IMG/VR virus record: IMGVR_UViG_3300010883_023988
Location: 1,956 to 65,955 of that record
Source of the DNA: a virus
Lineage: Duplodnaviria > Caudoviricetes
DNA length: 64,000 nucleotides
Direction: 5' to 3' (one strand)
Made by a program: the position numbers and the translations under genes. This document shows positions 46,378-54,049 of this stretch, piece after piece (the stretch's first letter is position 1; the number at the start of each line of letters is the position of its first letter). A model generated the notes under the pieces. The model was not told where the DNA came from. It made no database searches and saw nothing but the letters and a program-made list of their open reading frames with translations.

Positions 46378-46443
46378 CTCAATTGGTAGAGCATCTGCTT
46401 GCCAAGCAGAAGGTCATGGGTTCGAGGCCCATCGCTCGCTCCA
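46368..46443 (+). tRNA. tRNA-Gly (GCC)
   Basis: GCGAGCG/CGCTCGC acceptor; anticodon arm TCTGC-TTGCCAA-GCAGA; GGTTCGA T-loop; encoded CCA. Confidence 0.95.
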
Positions 46444-46474
46444 TTTTTTACCCCCCCCCGTTCCTATTCTATTT

Positions 46475-46551
46475 GGAGGAGTAGCTCAATTGGATAGAGC
46501 GACGGTCTTCTAAACCGTAGGTTATGGGTTCGAGTCCCATCTCCTCTGCCA
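46475..46551 (+). tRNA. tRNA-Arg (TCT)
   Basis: GGAGGAG/CTCCTCT acceptor; ACGGT-CTTCTAA-ACCGT; GGTTCGA; CCA. Confidence 0.95.
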
Positions 46552-46556
46552 TGTTC

Positions 46557-46632
46557 GGGCGGTTAGCTCAGTTGGGAGAGCAACTGGTTTACACCCAGTA
46601 GGTCGTAGGTTCGAGCCCTACACCGCCTACCA
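46557..46632 (+). tRNA. tRNA-Val (TAC)
   Basis: GGGCGGT/ACCGCCT acceptor; ACTGG-TTTACAC-CCAGT; GGTTCGA; CCA. Confidence 0.95.
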
Positions 46633-46661
46633 TTTCTAGCTTAAGTGTATGTCATGTTAAT

Positions 46662-47030
46662 ATGAGTCTTCGTGATTCGAATAAAAAAAATAAAAAAGAA
46701 TGCACAGCTTGTGGGGCAAGCTTTTCCTTTTTGGCTAAAGTTTGGAGTTCTTCTACCTGTAAATCTTGTTACGCGCGATTGAGGTCGAAAAGAAAAGCCG
46801 AGATAAGAAAATCAATAAACTCCATCAAAAGAGAGATGAAATGTGAAATTTGTGGATTCGAAGACCCTAGAGCCCTACATTTTCACCACAAAAATCCAAA
46901 AAAGAAAAAGAAGGAAATAGGAAATCTAGCTTCATCTGGCTATAACCTAAAAGCAATCAAGAAAGAGATAGAAAAATGTGTCGTTTTATGTGCTAATTGT
47001 CATGCAATAAAACACAATAAAAGAAACTAG
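46662..47030 (+). CDS. HNH endonuclease-family protein
   Basis: CEICG...LHFHH...CVVLCANCH..KH; preceded by AAGTGTATGT (46643-46652). Confidence 0.8.
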   Translation: MSLRDSNKKNKKECTACGASFSFLAKVWSSSTCKSCYARLRSKRKAEIRKSINSIKREMKCEICGFEDPRALHFHHKNPKKKKKEIGNLASSGYNLKAIKKEIEKCVVLCANCHAIKHNKRN

Positions 47031-47079
47031 AAAAACCTTTTTTTTCTTGAAAAAGTGTATATTGTTTTAACACGAAGCT

Positions 47080-48024
47080 ATGAAAACTTTAAATATCCTT
47101 GCTCTGAGCATTCTTATTGCACTTAATTCTTCCGCTCAAGAGAAGAAGCAATCCATTGCGGATCACCTCCAGAACGTTTCTGTCACAATTAGGTCGGAGG
47201 GCAGTTATTCAACGGGCGAGGGCTCTGGGGTGATTTTTACCCGCAAAGACTCCAAGGGGAATCTAGTGAACTTCGTATGGACCGCTGGTCACGTTATAGA
47301 TAATCTGCGCTCAACGAGGACAGTATTGGTGGGCGGAAAGCCGAAGACGTTAGTGGAATTTAAGGACCCCTTAGTGGTTAAAGAGATTAGGCAAAATGGA
47401 CGGACAGTTGGGAGACTTCAGATGGACGCAGAGGTTCTTAAATATTCCGACGCAAAAGATGGACACGATTTAGCTCTACTGCGAGTTAGAAAATTTAATT
47501 TCGTAACCGACTCGGTGACGTTTCATCTCGGTGAAAAAATTCCATCGCTCGGAACAGACCTTCTGCATGTTGGCTCCCTGCTCGGCCAAATGGGCGCGAA
47601 CAGTATGACGGACGGAATCTATTCCCAGCATGGCAGACTGATCAAGAGCTTAAATAAGCATGTTTTTGACCAAACGACTTGTACCGCTTTTCCAGGTTCT
47701 TCGGGTGGAGGCGTTTACTTAAAAGAAAACGCGGGATACATAGGGATGCTTGTCCGTGGAGCGGGGGAAGGGTTTAATCTTATCGTTCCCGTTCGACGCA
47801 TGGCTTCTTATTGCGAAAAACATAAAATCATGTGGGCTCTTGACCCAAGCGTAAAAATGCCCATCGAGGATGAGATTAAAAAAATCCCAGTAGAAAACTC
47901 TCCCGAAGAAGAAAGCCCAGAAACGGACGCTGAGAAGAAGATGATCGAAAAGTCCTTTCCATTCAGGATGCATTGGCTTAAACATAAATCAAACTCAACA
48001 GACCAACCAATGGAGAAAAAATAA
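47080..48024 (+). CDS. Secreted trypsin-like serine protease (S1)
   Basis: Signal peptide MKTLNILALSILIALNSSA; triad WTAGHV / GHDLALL / PGSSGGG; preceded by AAGTGTATAT (47053-47062). Confidence 0.85.
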   Translation: MKTLNILALSILIALNSSAQEKKQSIADHLQNVSVTIRSEGSYSTGEGSGVIFTRKDSKGNLVNFVWTAGHVIDNLRSTRTVLVGGKPKTLVEFKDPLVVKEIRQNGRTVGRLQMDAEVLKYSDAKDGHDLALLRVRKFNFVTDSVTFHLGEKIPSLGTDLLHVGSLLGQMGANSMTDGIYSQHGRLIKSLNKHVFDQTTCTAFPGSSGGGVYLKENAGYIGMLVRGAGEGFNLIVPVRRMASYCEKHKIMWALDPSVKMPIEDEIKKIPVENSPEEESPETDAEKKMIEKSFPFRMHWLKHKSNSTDQPMEKK

Positions 48025-48174
48025 TGAAAAAAAACACTAATAATCTTGTTCGGTGCAGCGTTTGTCTTAGGGTGTAAAGATGCGGTCGTGAAGCGCGAGT
48101 CTTGTAATTGCGAGACTGGTTGTTGTTCTTCCGAATCTTGTTCCACAGAGGGGTGTTCGTGTGTATGTAAATAA
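48024..48174 (+). pseudogene. Cys-rich lipoprotein-like ORF with a 1-nt frameshift in an A8 tract right after the ATG
   Basis: ATG(48024)-A8 gives only MKKNTNNLVRCSVCLRV*. Removing one A gives MKKTLIILFGAAFVLG-CKDAVVKRESCNCETGCCSSESCSTEGCSCVCK*, with a lipobox and 8 further Cys. Confidence 0.55.
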
Positions 48175-48175
48175 A

Positions 48176-48304
48176 ATGGAAAAAGTAAAGACTAAAGACT
48201 GCGGTTGTAGCACTGACTGCGGTTGTCATGCGGAAAAGACCAAGTGCTACTGTGAGGCCTGTAGTGATTCTGGTTGCGAATGCCCTTGTCACGAGGACAC
48301 GTAA
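48176..48304 (+). CDS. Metallothionein-like Cys/His-rich miniprotein (42 aa)
   Basis: MEKVKTKDCGCSTDCGCHAEKTKCYCEACSDSGCECPCHEDT: 10 Cys and 2 His. Below the ORF-track size cutoff. Confidence 0.7.
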   Translation: MEKVKTKDCGCSTDCGCHAEKTKCYCEACSDSGCECPCHEDT

Positions 48305-48317
48305 ACCTGAAAAAAGT

Positions 48318-48527
48318 ATGCCCCTTCCGTCACCTAAAGGTAAACAGGACAAGCAAAGCTTCGTTTCTCAGTGTATGAGCGACAAGGCCATCAGGAAGGA
48401 GTTTCCCAACCAAAAACAGCGCGCAGCGGTTTGTTATTCCCAATACAAGCAAGCGAAAAAGGTCAAAGGCTGCGAAAACGCGGACTGGGATGATTTTTCT
48501 AGCGACGAGTACGTAATATTGCTTTAA
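48318..48527 (+). CDS. Conserved-type small phage protein (MPLPSP...F.S.CM..D...EFP...QR.AVCY)
   Basis: Start refined to MPLPSP; the motif is recognisable from other phage hypotheticals. Confidence 0.6.
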   Translation: MPLPSPKGKQDKQSFVSQCMSDKAIRKEFPNQKQRAAVCYSQYKQAKKVKGCENADWDDFSSDEYVILL

Positions 48528-48545
48528 AAGAGTGTATATATACGT

Positions 48546-48719
48546 GTGAAAGATATAGAAGTTAAAGGGTGGAGGCTCAAAGTCGGAAAGAATAAGGTAA
48601 AAATTTTTGACGACAACGACGAGCTCACCGACGAAGAGGCTATTACGATAATAAAGTATCTTTACGACGAAGGAATCTTAAATAGCAAATCTGTTGACTG
48701 CGAAATAATCTCAAAGTAA
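48546..48719 (+). CDS. Hypothetical protein, 57 aa (not in ORF track)
   Basis: GTG start 6 nt after GAGTGTATAT (48530-48539); MKDIEVKGWRLKVGKNKVKIFDDNDELTDEEAITIIKYLYDEGILNSKSVDCEIISK. Confidence 0.6.
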   Translation: MKDIEVKGWRLKVGKNKVKIFDDNDELTDEEAITIIKYLYDEGILNSKSVDCEIISK

Positions 48720-49043
48720 TATCTCCCTCAAGCTCCTCAGTTGCCCAGTTAAGCTTAAAACGTTCACGCAATCAATAAATTTTGTCTTTATGGTGTAAGG
48801 GTAGTTGTATTCGGTGTCAATTCTCGCGCCCTCCAGCCTCCACTCAGGGATAACGATATCGTCAATAAAGTCGAATGACCCCTTGGATTTCAGGACTCTA
48901 TAGCAGTTGTCCACTTTTTCCTTTTCGGCCTCAAGAAGTACGTCGTATCCTAGACTTTCTTTCGCTACCATAGTCAGGAACCTGAAGTACAAGCTTTCCG
49001 AACGTGGCTCAGTGCATATCTCCGCGTTTATAATTAGGTTCAT
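48711..49043 (-). CDS. Hypothetical protein
   Basis: ATG 8 nt downstream of TAGTGTAAAT (49061-49052). Confidence 0.6.
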   Translation of the reverse strand: MNLIINAEICTEPRSESLYFRFLTMVAKESLGYDVLLEAEKEKVDNCYRVLKSKGSFDFIDDIVIPEWRLEGARIDTEYNYPYTIKTKFIDCVNVLSLTGQLRSLREILL

Positions 49044-49086
49044 CAATAGTTATTTACACTAAAAAAATAAAGAGTATTGTTATTAT

Positions 49087-49263
49087 ATGAAAAATGGCCC
49101 TCAAATATTAAAGCTTCTTTCTCAAATAAAAGAATACGCCGAAGAGGAGGATTACCAGAAGAAAATCGACCCCAGCACGGCCATTGACCAAAAAATTGGA
49201 AAAAGCTGGATGGTTTTCCATTTAGATCAGTTGGAGACGTTGATAAAGAATGAGGAAAACTGA
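49087..49263 (+). CDS. Hypothetical protein, 58 aa (not in ORF track)
   Basis: MKNGPQILKLLSQIKEYAEEEDYQKKIDPSTAIDQKIGKSWMVFHLDQLETLIKNEEN fills the gap; more plausible than the antisense ORF 49043..49351. Confidence 0.6.
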   Translation: MKNGPQILKLLSQIKEYAEEEDYQKKIDPSTAIDQKIGKSWMVFHLDQLETLIKNEEN

Positions 49264-49295
49264 CCTTTGCTAGAATAAGTGTATATATAGAATAT

Positions 49296-49664
49296 ATGCC
49301 CGAAAAACCAAAGACGTATGGTAAGAAAATCTTTTCCTTTTCAAATACCAAGAGGGTTCATTACGACGTCTATTTAAGGAAGCCCAACAAGCTACACTAT
49401 GGCGAATCCTGCGCTGGGTTATGTTTTGACCCGAAAGAAGAGGACCCTCATATTTTAATCAATCCGAAGCAAGGCGATAAAGATATGATAAACACTTGCA
49501 TTCATGAAGTGTGTCACGCCTTTTTTTGGGACAAGTCCGAGTACGAGGTAAGTCGTATGGCAAACACAGTTAGTCGCTTGATTTTTGATATGGGCTGGCG
49601 TAAGGTTGAAGACGTTAAGACTACGGCTAGGACTCAAAAAAAGAGAAAAGCCAAAAAAAAGTAA
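49296..49664 (+). CDS. HExxH zincin-like small protein
   Basis: IHEVCH motif; preceded by AAGTGTATAT (49277-49286). Confidence 0.6.
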   Translation: MPEKPKTYGKKIFSFSNTKRVHYDVYLRKPNKLHYGESCAGLCFDPKEEDPHILINPKQGDKDMINTCIHEVCHAFFWDKSEYEVSRMANTVSRLIFDMGWRKVEDVKTTARTQKKRKAKKK

Positions 49665-49667
49665 AAA

Positions 49668-50411
49668 ATGAGACATGTTTGTGGCGGAATAGGAGACCTC
49701 ATACAGAGCTTCGACTCAATCGAGGAAGGGGAAGACATAAAAGTGTTTTCTCATTTTAAGGGGGCTAAAGATTTCTTTTCTCCTATAAATGCGAATTTTG
49801 AGTTTAGGTTCTTTGATTCGGTTAGCGACCTGCAAGAGGTTGAGGCGGAAGCTAAGCGCTCTGGAGAGGCGGTAAACAGATTACCTTTTCAAAAGTTTGT
49901 ATCAGTCCCAGAGGGGAAGTTTAAGACTGCTCATGAAAACTCTAAAAATTGGGACGACATCATCGGCATCCATCCGGTTGGAAGTAAGCTTTCTAATGAT
50001 TTCTGGGACAGCTTGGGGAGTCCACTGAAGGTCCTTCCAGAATGGTTCGTTAGAGCTATGATCCATGACCATAGAAGATATTTTATTTTTGGCACGGAAG
50101 AGGAGCTTTCGCCTTATCGTTCTCTTCTTGGCGAGGACCGTGATAATGTAAAATATATTAGTTATGATGATATATGGGAGAGTTTGTGTCATGTGTCTTT
50201 TTGCAAAACAGTAATAGGCATAGACAGTTCAATAAAGTCTATGTCCGCAGCCAGTAGGATAGAAACGATAGTCTTTGTCGGTGATTACGAAGATGATTTT
50301 AGAGACGAAAATTTCATTTATCCCTATGTTAGAGACGGGGTGATGAGACCAATCCCCTTTAATGTGATTGACAGGGGTCACCTAAAACTAATAGACGACG
50401 TTATAAAATAA
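49668..50411 (+). CDS. GT9/heptosyltransferase-like protein
   Basis: GGIGDLI N-terminal motif, IGIHPVGS, VIGIDSSIKSMSAA. Confidence 0.65.
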   Translation: MRHVCGGIGDLIQSFDSIEEGEDIKVFSHFKGAKDFFSPINANFEFRFFDSVSDLQEVEAEAKRSGEAVNRLPFQKFVSVPEGKFKTAHENSKNWDDIIGIHPVGSKLSNDFWDSLGSPLKVLPEWFVRAMIHDHRRYFIFGTEEELSPYRSLLGEDRDNVKYISYDDIWESLCHVSFCKTVIGIDSSIKSMSAASRIETIVFVGDYEDDFRDENFIYPYVRDGVMRPIPFNVIDRGHLKLIDDVIK

Positions 50412-50412
50412 T

Positions 50413-51159
50413 ATGAAAATAATCTTTAGAGCTTGCGAAAAGCAGGGGTCTGTTAATGGGGTTCCTAGGCCTTGGAGCATGGAGAAGACGGAAGTCTTAG
50501 ACTTGTGTTTTAGAAGCTTGCATCTTGCCTTAAGAGATAAACCTCATAAAATTCACATCATAGGAGATTCACTTTCCGAAGAAAGGATGGACTTTTTTCG
50601 AGAACTAGAACCGGACTGCTTTATAGATAATCATACGGATTTAGGAAACGACGGCAGCATCTTAAAGTCTTTCGAGCTGGCTGAGACTTTCGACGACGAA
50701 GATATAATATATTTTTGCGAGGACGACTACTTGCACATCATGGATACTTTTTACGATAATATCGTTGAGTTCCTAGAACTGCACAGAGACCATGAGATTC
50801 CGTTTTTTGTACATCCAACGGATTACCCAGATCAATACAGTAGGTCAATGAGGAGAAGCTACTTAATATGCTCGAAAAGTTGTCATTTCAGAGAAGTCTC
50901 CTCTAGTACTTTTACGTTCCTAACAATCAAGAAAAACTTTATGAAATTCGTAAGTAAATTTAAGGAGTCGGCAAGTAACGCCCAAGACGGCGAGTTTTCT
51001 AAAATATTTGGAGAAGAAGCTTTATGCTTTAGCCCTATACCCAGCTTAGCAGCGCATCTTCACGTCGGGACTCTACCTTCGTATGTCCCATGGGACATGA
51101 TTAAATTCTATACAAACTCTGTTCTAAATGTCCCCCAACAGATAAAAATGATGAAGTGA
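50413..51159 (+). CDS. GT-A glycosyltransferase-like protein
   Basis: IHIIGDS, GNDGS, IYFCEDDYLH, SSTFTF, SLAAHLH. Confidence 0.65.
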   Translation: MKIIFRACEKQGSVNGVPRPWSMEKTEVLDLCFRSLHLALRDKPHKIHIIGDSLSEERMDFFRELEPDCFIDNHTDLGNDGSILKSFELAETFDDEDIIYFCEDDYLHIMDTFYDNIVEFLELHRDHEIPFFVHPTDYPDQYSRSMRRSYLICSKSCHFREVSSSTFTFLTIKKNFMKFVSKFKESASNAQDGEFSKIFGEEALCFSPIPSLAAHLHVGTLPSYVPWDMIKFYTNSVLNVPQQIKMMK

Positions 51160-51166
51160 CCATAGA

Positions 51167-52021
51167 ATGGACAAGATTTTTAAGAAGATTAACCGATGGC
51201 TCAAGTTCGTCAACCTCAGCGTTTGTTGTAGCAAAATCAAAAATAAATTTTTTATTTTTTACAAGACCCTTTCTCCAAAAAAATATTCGGGAGATTTTTC
51301 TGTGGGGTGCTACGTCGGTCTTCCAAAGTGCGCTCATAGTTCGGTCTCTTCATTAGCTAAAGAGACATTTGACTGTAGGTGGCTAAGTGAAGATCATCCT
51401 TCCCCAGAATTTCCTTGGTTTTTTTGCTCAGACCACCATTTGCAAACGTTAGAGTTAGCGAAGAAGACGTCGAATCTCTCTGAGTTTGAGCGCGCGGAAC
51501 TCACTATAGACCTAAACCTAGAGGACCCAATGGTTTATAAAAATATTTATTTTTTTACAGTGGTTAGGAATCCATACTCTTGGATGCACGGGTCTTGGCA
51601 GGAGTGCAAAGAAATGTACGAAATGAATTTGAGCTTCAAAGAATTCCTGTTAGCGGTTAAGAGGGTTCATGATGAGGGGTTCGATTCAAGCGACGTCGAA
51701 GGCCAAGACGGACTTCGCACGATGAGGGCTAGGTGGCATTTTCGGCCCCAGCTCGAAAGCCTATTAGATAAAAAAAATAAAATTTCAGTTCATTCTATAG
51801 TAAAGATTGAAGAATTAGAGGCTGGACTGAGGGACTCTTTGCGCGGTTTTTCGACTTTTTACGAAGAGTCTTTCCAAGTCCCTTGGTCAAACGTTAAGCC
51901 TCATGGGGAATCACACAAAAGGCTAGGAAGAGGCTATAGGGAATTCTACGATAAAGAAACGAGGGAATTAGTAGAGAGCATGTACTGGAGCGATATAGAC
52001 TTTTTTGATTATGAATACTAA
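51167..52021 (+). CDS. Sulfotransferase family 2-like protein
   Basis: PKCAHSSV (5'-PSB-like), FTVVRNPY (3'-PB-like), HFRPQ, final D..FFDY. Confidence 0.7.
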   Translation: MDKIFKKINRWLKFVNLSVCCSKIKNKFFIFYKTLSPKKYSGDFSVGCYVGLPKCAHSSVSSLAKETFDCRWLSEDHPSPEFPWFFCSDHHLQTLELAKKTSNLSEFERAELTIDLNLEDPMVYKNIYFFTVVRNPYSWMHGSWQECKEMYEMNLSFKEFLLAVKRVHDEGFDSSDVEGQDGLRTMRARWHFRPQLESLLDKKNKISVHSIVKIEELEAGLRDSLRGFSTFYEESFQVPWSNVKPHGESHKRLGRGYREFYDKETRELVESMYWSDIDFFDYEY

Positions 52022-52067
52022 AACTTTTGGTTGACTTCTTCTTTGAAGAGCTTAATATTTGCCCTCT

Positions 52068-52292
52068 ATGAGTAAAGAACAGACTAAAAATGTAAGTAAA
52101 GTACTGACAGTTAACACTACTTATGCGCGAGCAGCGGTAATGTTGCTAGCGTTTAACTTCTTGTTGACGGGGTATTTATTGCACTCCTTTATGGAGATGC
52201 AAACGGACCAAAACAACGGAGAGTACCACTCTCCTCCAGCAGCTCAGGCTGACGCTCTTGCGACAGCGAGGGAAGAGGGTACTTCTGAATAA
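52068..52292 (+). CDS. Small single-TM membrane protein
   Basis: ATG downstream of TTGACT-16-TAATAT (52031-52058); hydrophobic AAVMLLAFNFLLTGYLL segment. Confidence 0.6.
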   Translation: MSKEQTKNVSKVLTVNTTYARAAVMLLAFNFLLTGYLLHSFMEMQTDQNNGEYHSPPAAQADALATAREEGTSE

Positions 52293-52322
52293 TATATTTA
52301 ATTAAATTAAATTAAATCATCC

Positions 52323-52352
52323 AAGCCAGACCTGAAAAGGTTTGGTTTTTTT
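52323..52352 (+). terminator. Intrinsic terminator
   Basis: AAGCCAGACCT-GAAA-AGGTTTGGTTT followed by a T run. Confidence 0.75.
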
Positions 52353-52353
52353 A

Positions 52354-52382
52354 TTGACTTAATCTAAGAAAAGCGATAGCAT
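52354..52382 (+). promoter_or_regulatory. sigma70-like promoter (leaderless candidate)
   Basis: TTGACT-17-TAGCAT, 6 nt before the ATG at 52389. Confidence 0.7.
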
Positions 52383-52388
52383 GGAATT

Positions 52389-52679
52389 ATGATTAGATAC
52401 ATAGATGAGCCCGCTTGCGATCACTACGTTGATTCAATAAAGTTTATCGAGAACCAGATAAAAGACGCAATTAAAAAATCCGATTGGGACTTGGTAGCAA
52501 ACCCAGAATCACTTCAAGAATTAAATATGCTTGTAGCCAAGATGCTTCAGGAGTACGAAAGCTACATCAAGTTTACAATCGAAATTAACCCGTACGAACT
52601 AAAAATTGTCAAAACGCTGAAAGACTCTAAGCAGTTTTGGATTGATTGGAGAGAGGATAATCTTAAAAATATATCATGA
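52389..52679 (+). CDS. Hypothetical protein
   Basis: 96-aa ORF directly after the promoter. Confidence 0.65.
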   Translation: MIRYIDEPACDHYVDSIKFIENQIKDAIKKSDWDLVANPESLQELNMLVAKMLQEYESYIKFTIEINPYELKIVKTLKDSKQFWIDWREDNLKNIS

Positions 52680-52751
52680 ACAGGCGCACCAAATATATTG
52701 CGAAACCTCAAGCCGAAGAAGACGGACTGTACCGTTGAAGACTTACCTGAA

Positions 52752-53348
52752 ATGAATACTCACTATTCTCATCCGATGGACATTAACGAGGGCGGTTGCG
52801 TTCAGCCCTCTGTCCGCGCGCTTGATAAAACAAGGACCTATCTGGTGGGACATATGCAGTACGCTAGCGGAAGGGATTGGCGCGAGTACGTCGAGAGAGA
52901 GCTTGAGCCGTTAGGCGTAAGAATTTTTAACCCCTACAAAAAGCCCTTCGTAAAGGACGTGGACGAGGACGAAGAAGAGCGTCTTTCAGTAGCTCATTGT
53001 ATGGAGCACGGTTATTATAATGACGTCGCGGAAAGGATGAAGCTCATTCGCAGCTATGATTTAAATCTTGTTGACCGCAGCGACTTTATTATCGCCCACC
53101 TGTTACCGGAAGTGGCAAGCTGGGGCAGCGCAGAAGAAATAGTTACAGCGGTGAGAATGAAAAAGCCCATCTTCATAAGTATGGATGGCGGTAAAAGTAA
53201 AACTCCGCTTTGGATGATGGGCATGTTGCCTCATCATTATATTTACAACTCTATTGAAGAAGTCGTAGAGATACTTAAGCAAATTGATAGTGGCGAAAAA
53301 AATATTGATAGCGACCGTTGGAGACTGCTTAGAAAGGAGCTACGATAA
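52752..53348 (+). CDS. Nucleoside 2-deoxyribosyltransferase-like protein
   Basis: YLVGHM...DWR...IFNP...YDL..VDRSDFII...SWGSAEEI..A....KPIF. Start refined to MNTHY. Confidence 0.7.
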   Translation: MNTHYSHPMDINEGGCVQPSVRALDKTRTYLVGHMQYASGRDWREYVERELEPLGVRIFNPYKKPFVKDVDEDEEERLSVAHCMEHGYYNDVAERMKLIRSYDLNLVDRSDFIIAHLLPEVASWGSAEEIVTAVRMKKPIFISMDGGKSKTPLWMMGMLPHHYIYNSIEEVVEILKQIDSGEKNIDSDRWRLLRKELR

Positions 53349-53351
53349 ATC

Positions 53352-53747
53352 ATGAAGATAAAAACATTCCTTAACGCCCAAGACATGACTGTAACAAAAA
53401 TGAGTTTTCATATCAACAAAAGCCCAATTCACGGAAATGGACTGTTTGCCTCTCAAGGGTTCGAAGAGAGAGACTTCATAACCAAGACTCATTTTTTTAT
53501 AAACAGCTATCAGGCGAAAATTGGTAATGGGTGGGTAAACATAAAGCCAGACTGTATGTACAATCACTCTGAAAAACCTAATTGCATTTCCAAGACAGAA
53601 AGAACTCCCGACGGACAACTCCAAAAAAATCTGTACGCAACAACCACGATAGCAGAGGGACAAGAGCTATTGGTTGATTTTAGAAAAGATAAAGATTTAG
53701 AACAGCCAGAAGAAGACTGGAGGAAACAACACACACATATAAAATAA
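53352..53747 (+). CDS. SET-domain protein
   Basis: SPIHGNGLFA, YNHSEKPN, ELLVDF (canonical ELxxDY with Tyr replaced by Phe). Confidence 0.75.
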   Translation: MKIKTFLNAQDMTVTKMSFHINKSPIHGNGLFASQGFEERDFITKTHFFINSYQAKIGNGWVNIKPDCMYNHSEKPNCISKTERTPDGQLQKNLYATTTIAEGQELLVDFRKDKDLEQPEEDWRKQHTHIK

Positions 53748-53751
53748 AAAA

Positions 53752-54042
53752 ATGAAAACTAATTATGCTAAACCAGAAGAAGTAGAAGCTTGCAAGCGGT
53801 GGCTAAAAGCCGTCCAAGCCAAGACGACAAAGACAATTCGCCGTAACAGGGGTTCAAGCTATGGACTCAAACACGACGTAGAAAGATGGCTATGCTCAGA
53901 CGCCAACTCGGAGGAAGGAATGTACATAAGCGAACATTCATTTATTGAAGCGATGAGAGACACTAAATTTCGCCTTGAGCCCGTCGATAAGTCGGAGACC
54001 GAACCAAGCTCGTTCTGTTTTAATATATCATATAAAGGATGA
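53752..54042 (+). CDS. Hypothetical protein (SYGLKH.VE motif)
   Basis: 96-aa ORF in a tight operon. Confidence 0.6.
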   Translation: MKTNYAKPEEVEACKRWLKAVQAKTTKTIRRNRGSSYGLKHDVERWLCSDANSEEGMYISEHSFIEAMRDTKFRLEPVDKSETEPSSFCFNISYKG

Positions 54043-54049
54043 GGATTAA

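Noticed and set aside
46283-46513. 76-aa ORF from the track
   Set aside because: It is a translation through the tRNA-Gly and tRNA-Arg genes.
49043-49351. 102-aa - strand ORF from the track
   Set aside because: It overlaps the more plausible + strand ORFs 49087..49263 and 49296..49664 and has Phe/Ser-rich antisense composition.
52676-52738. 20-aa ORF MNRRTKYIAKPQAEEDGLYR coupled by ATGA to the previous stop
   Set aside because: Too short and featureless to support; could be chance. No slippery site links it to the NDT-like frame.
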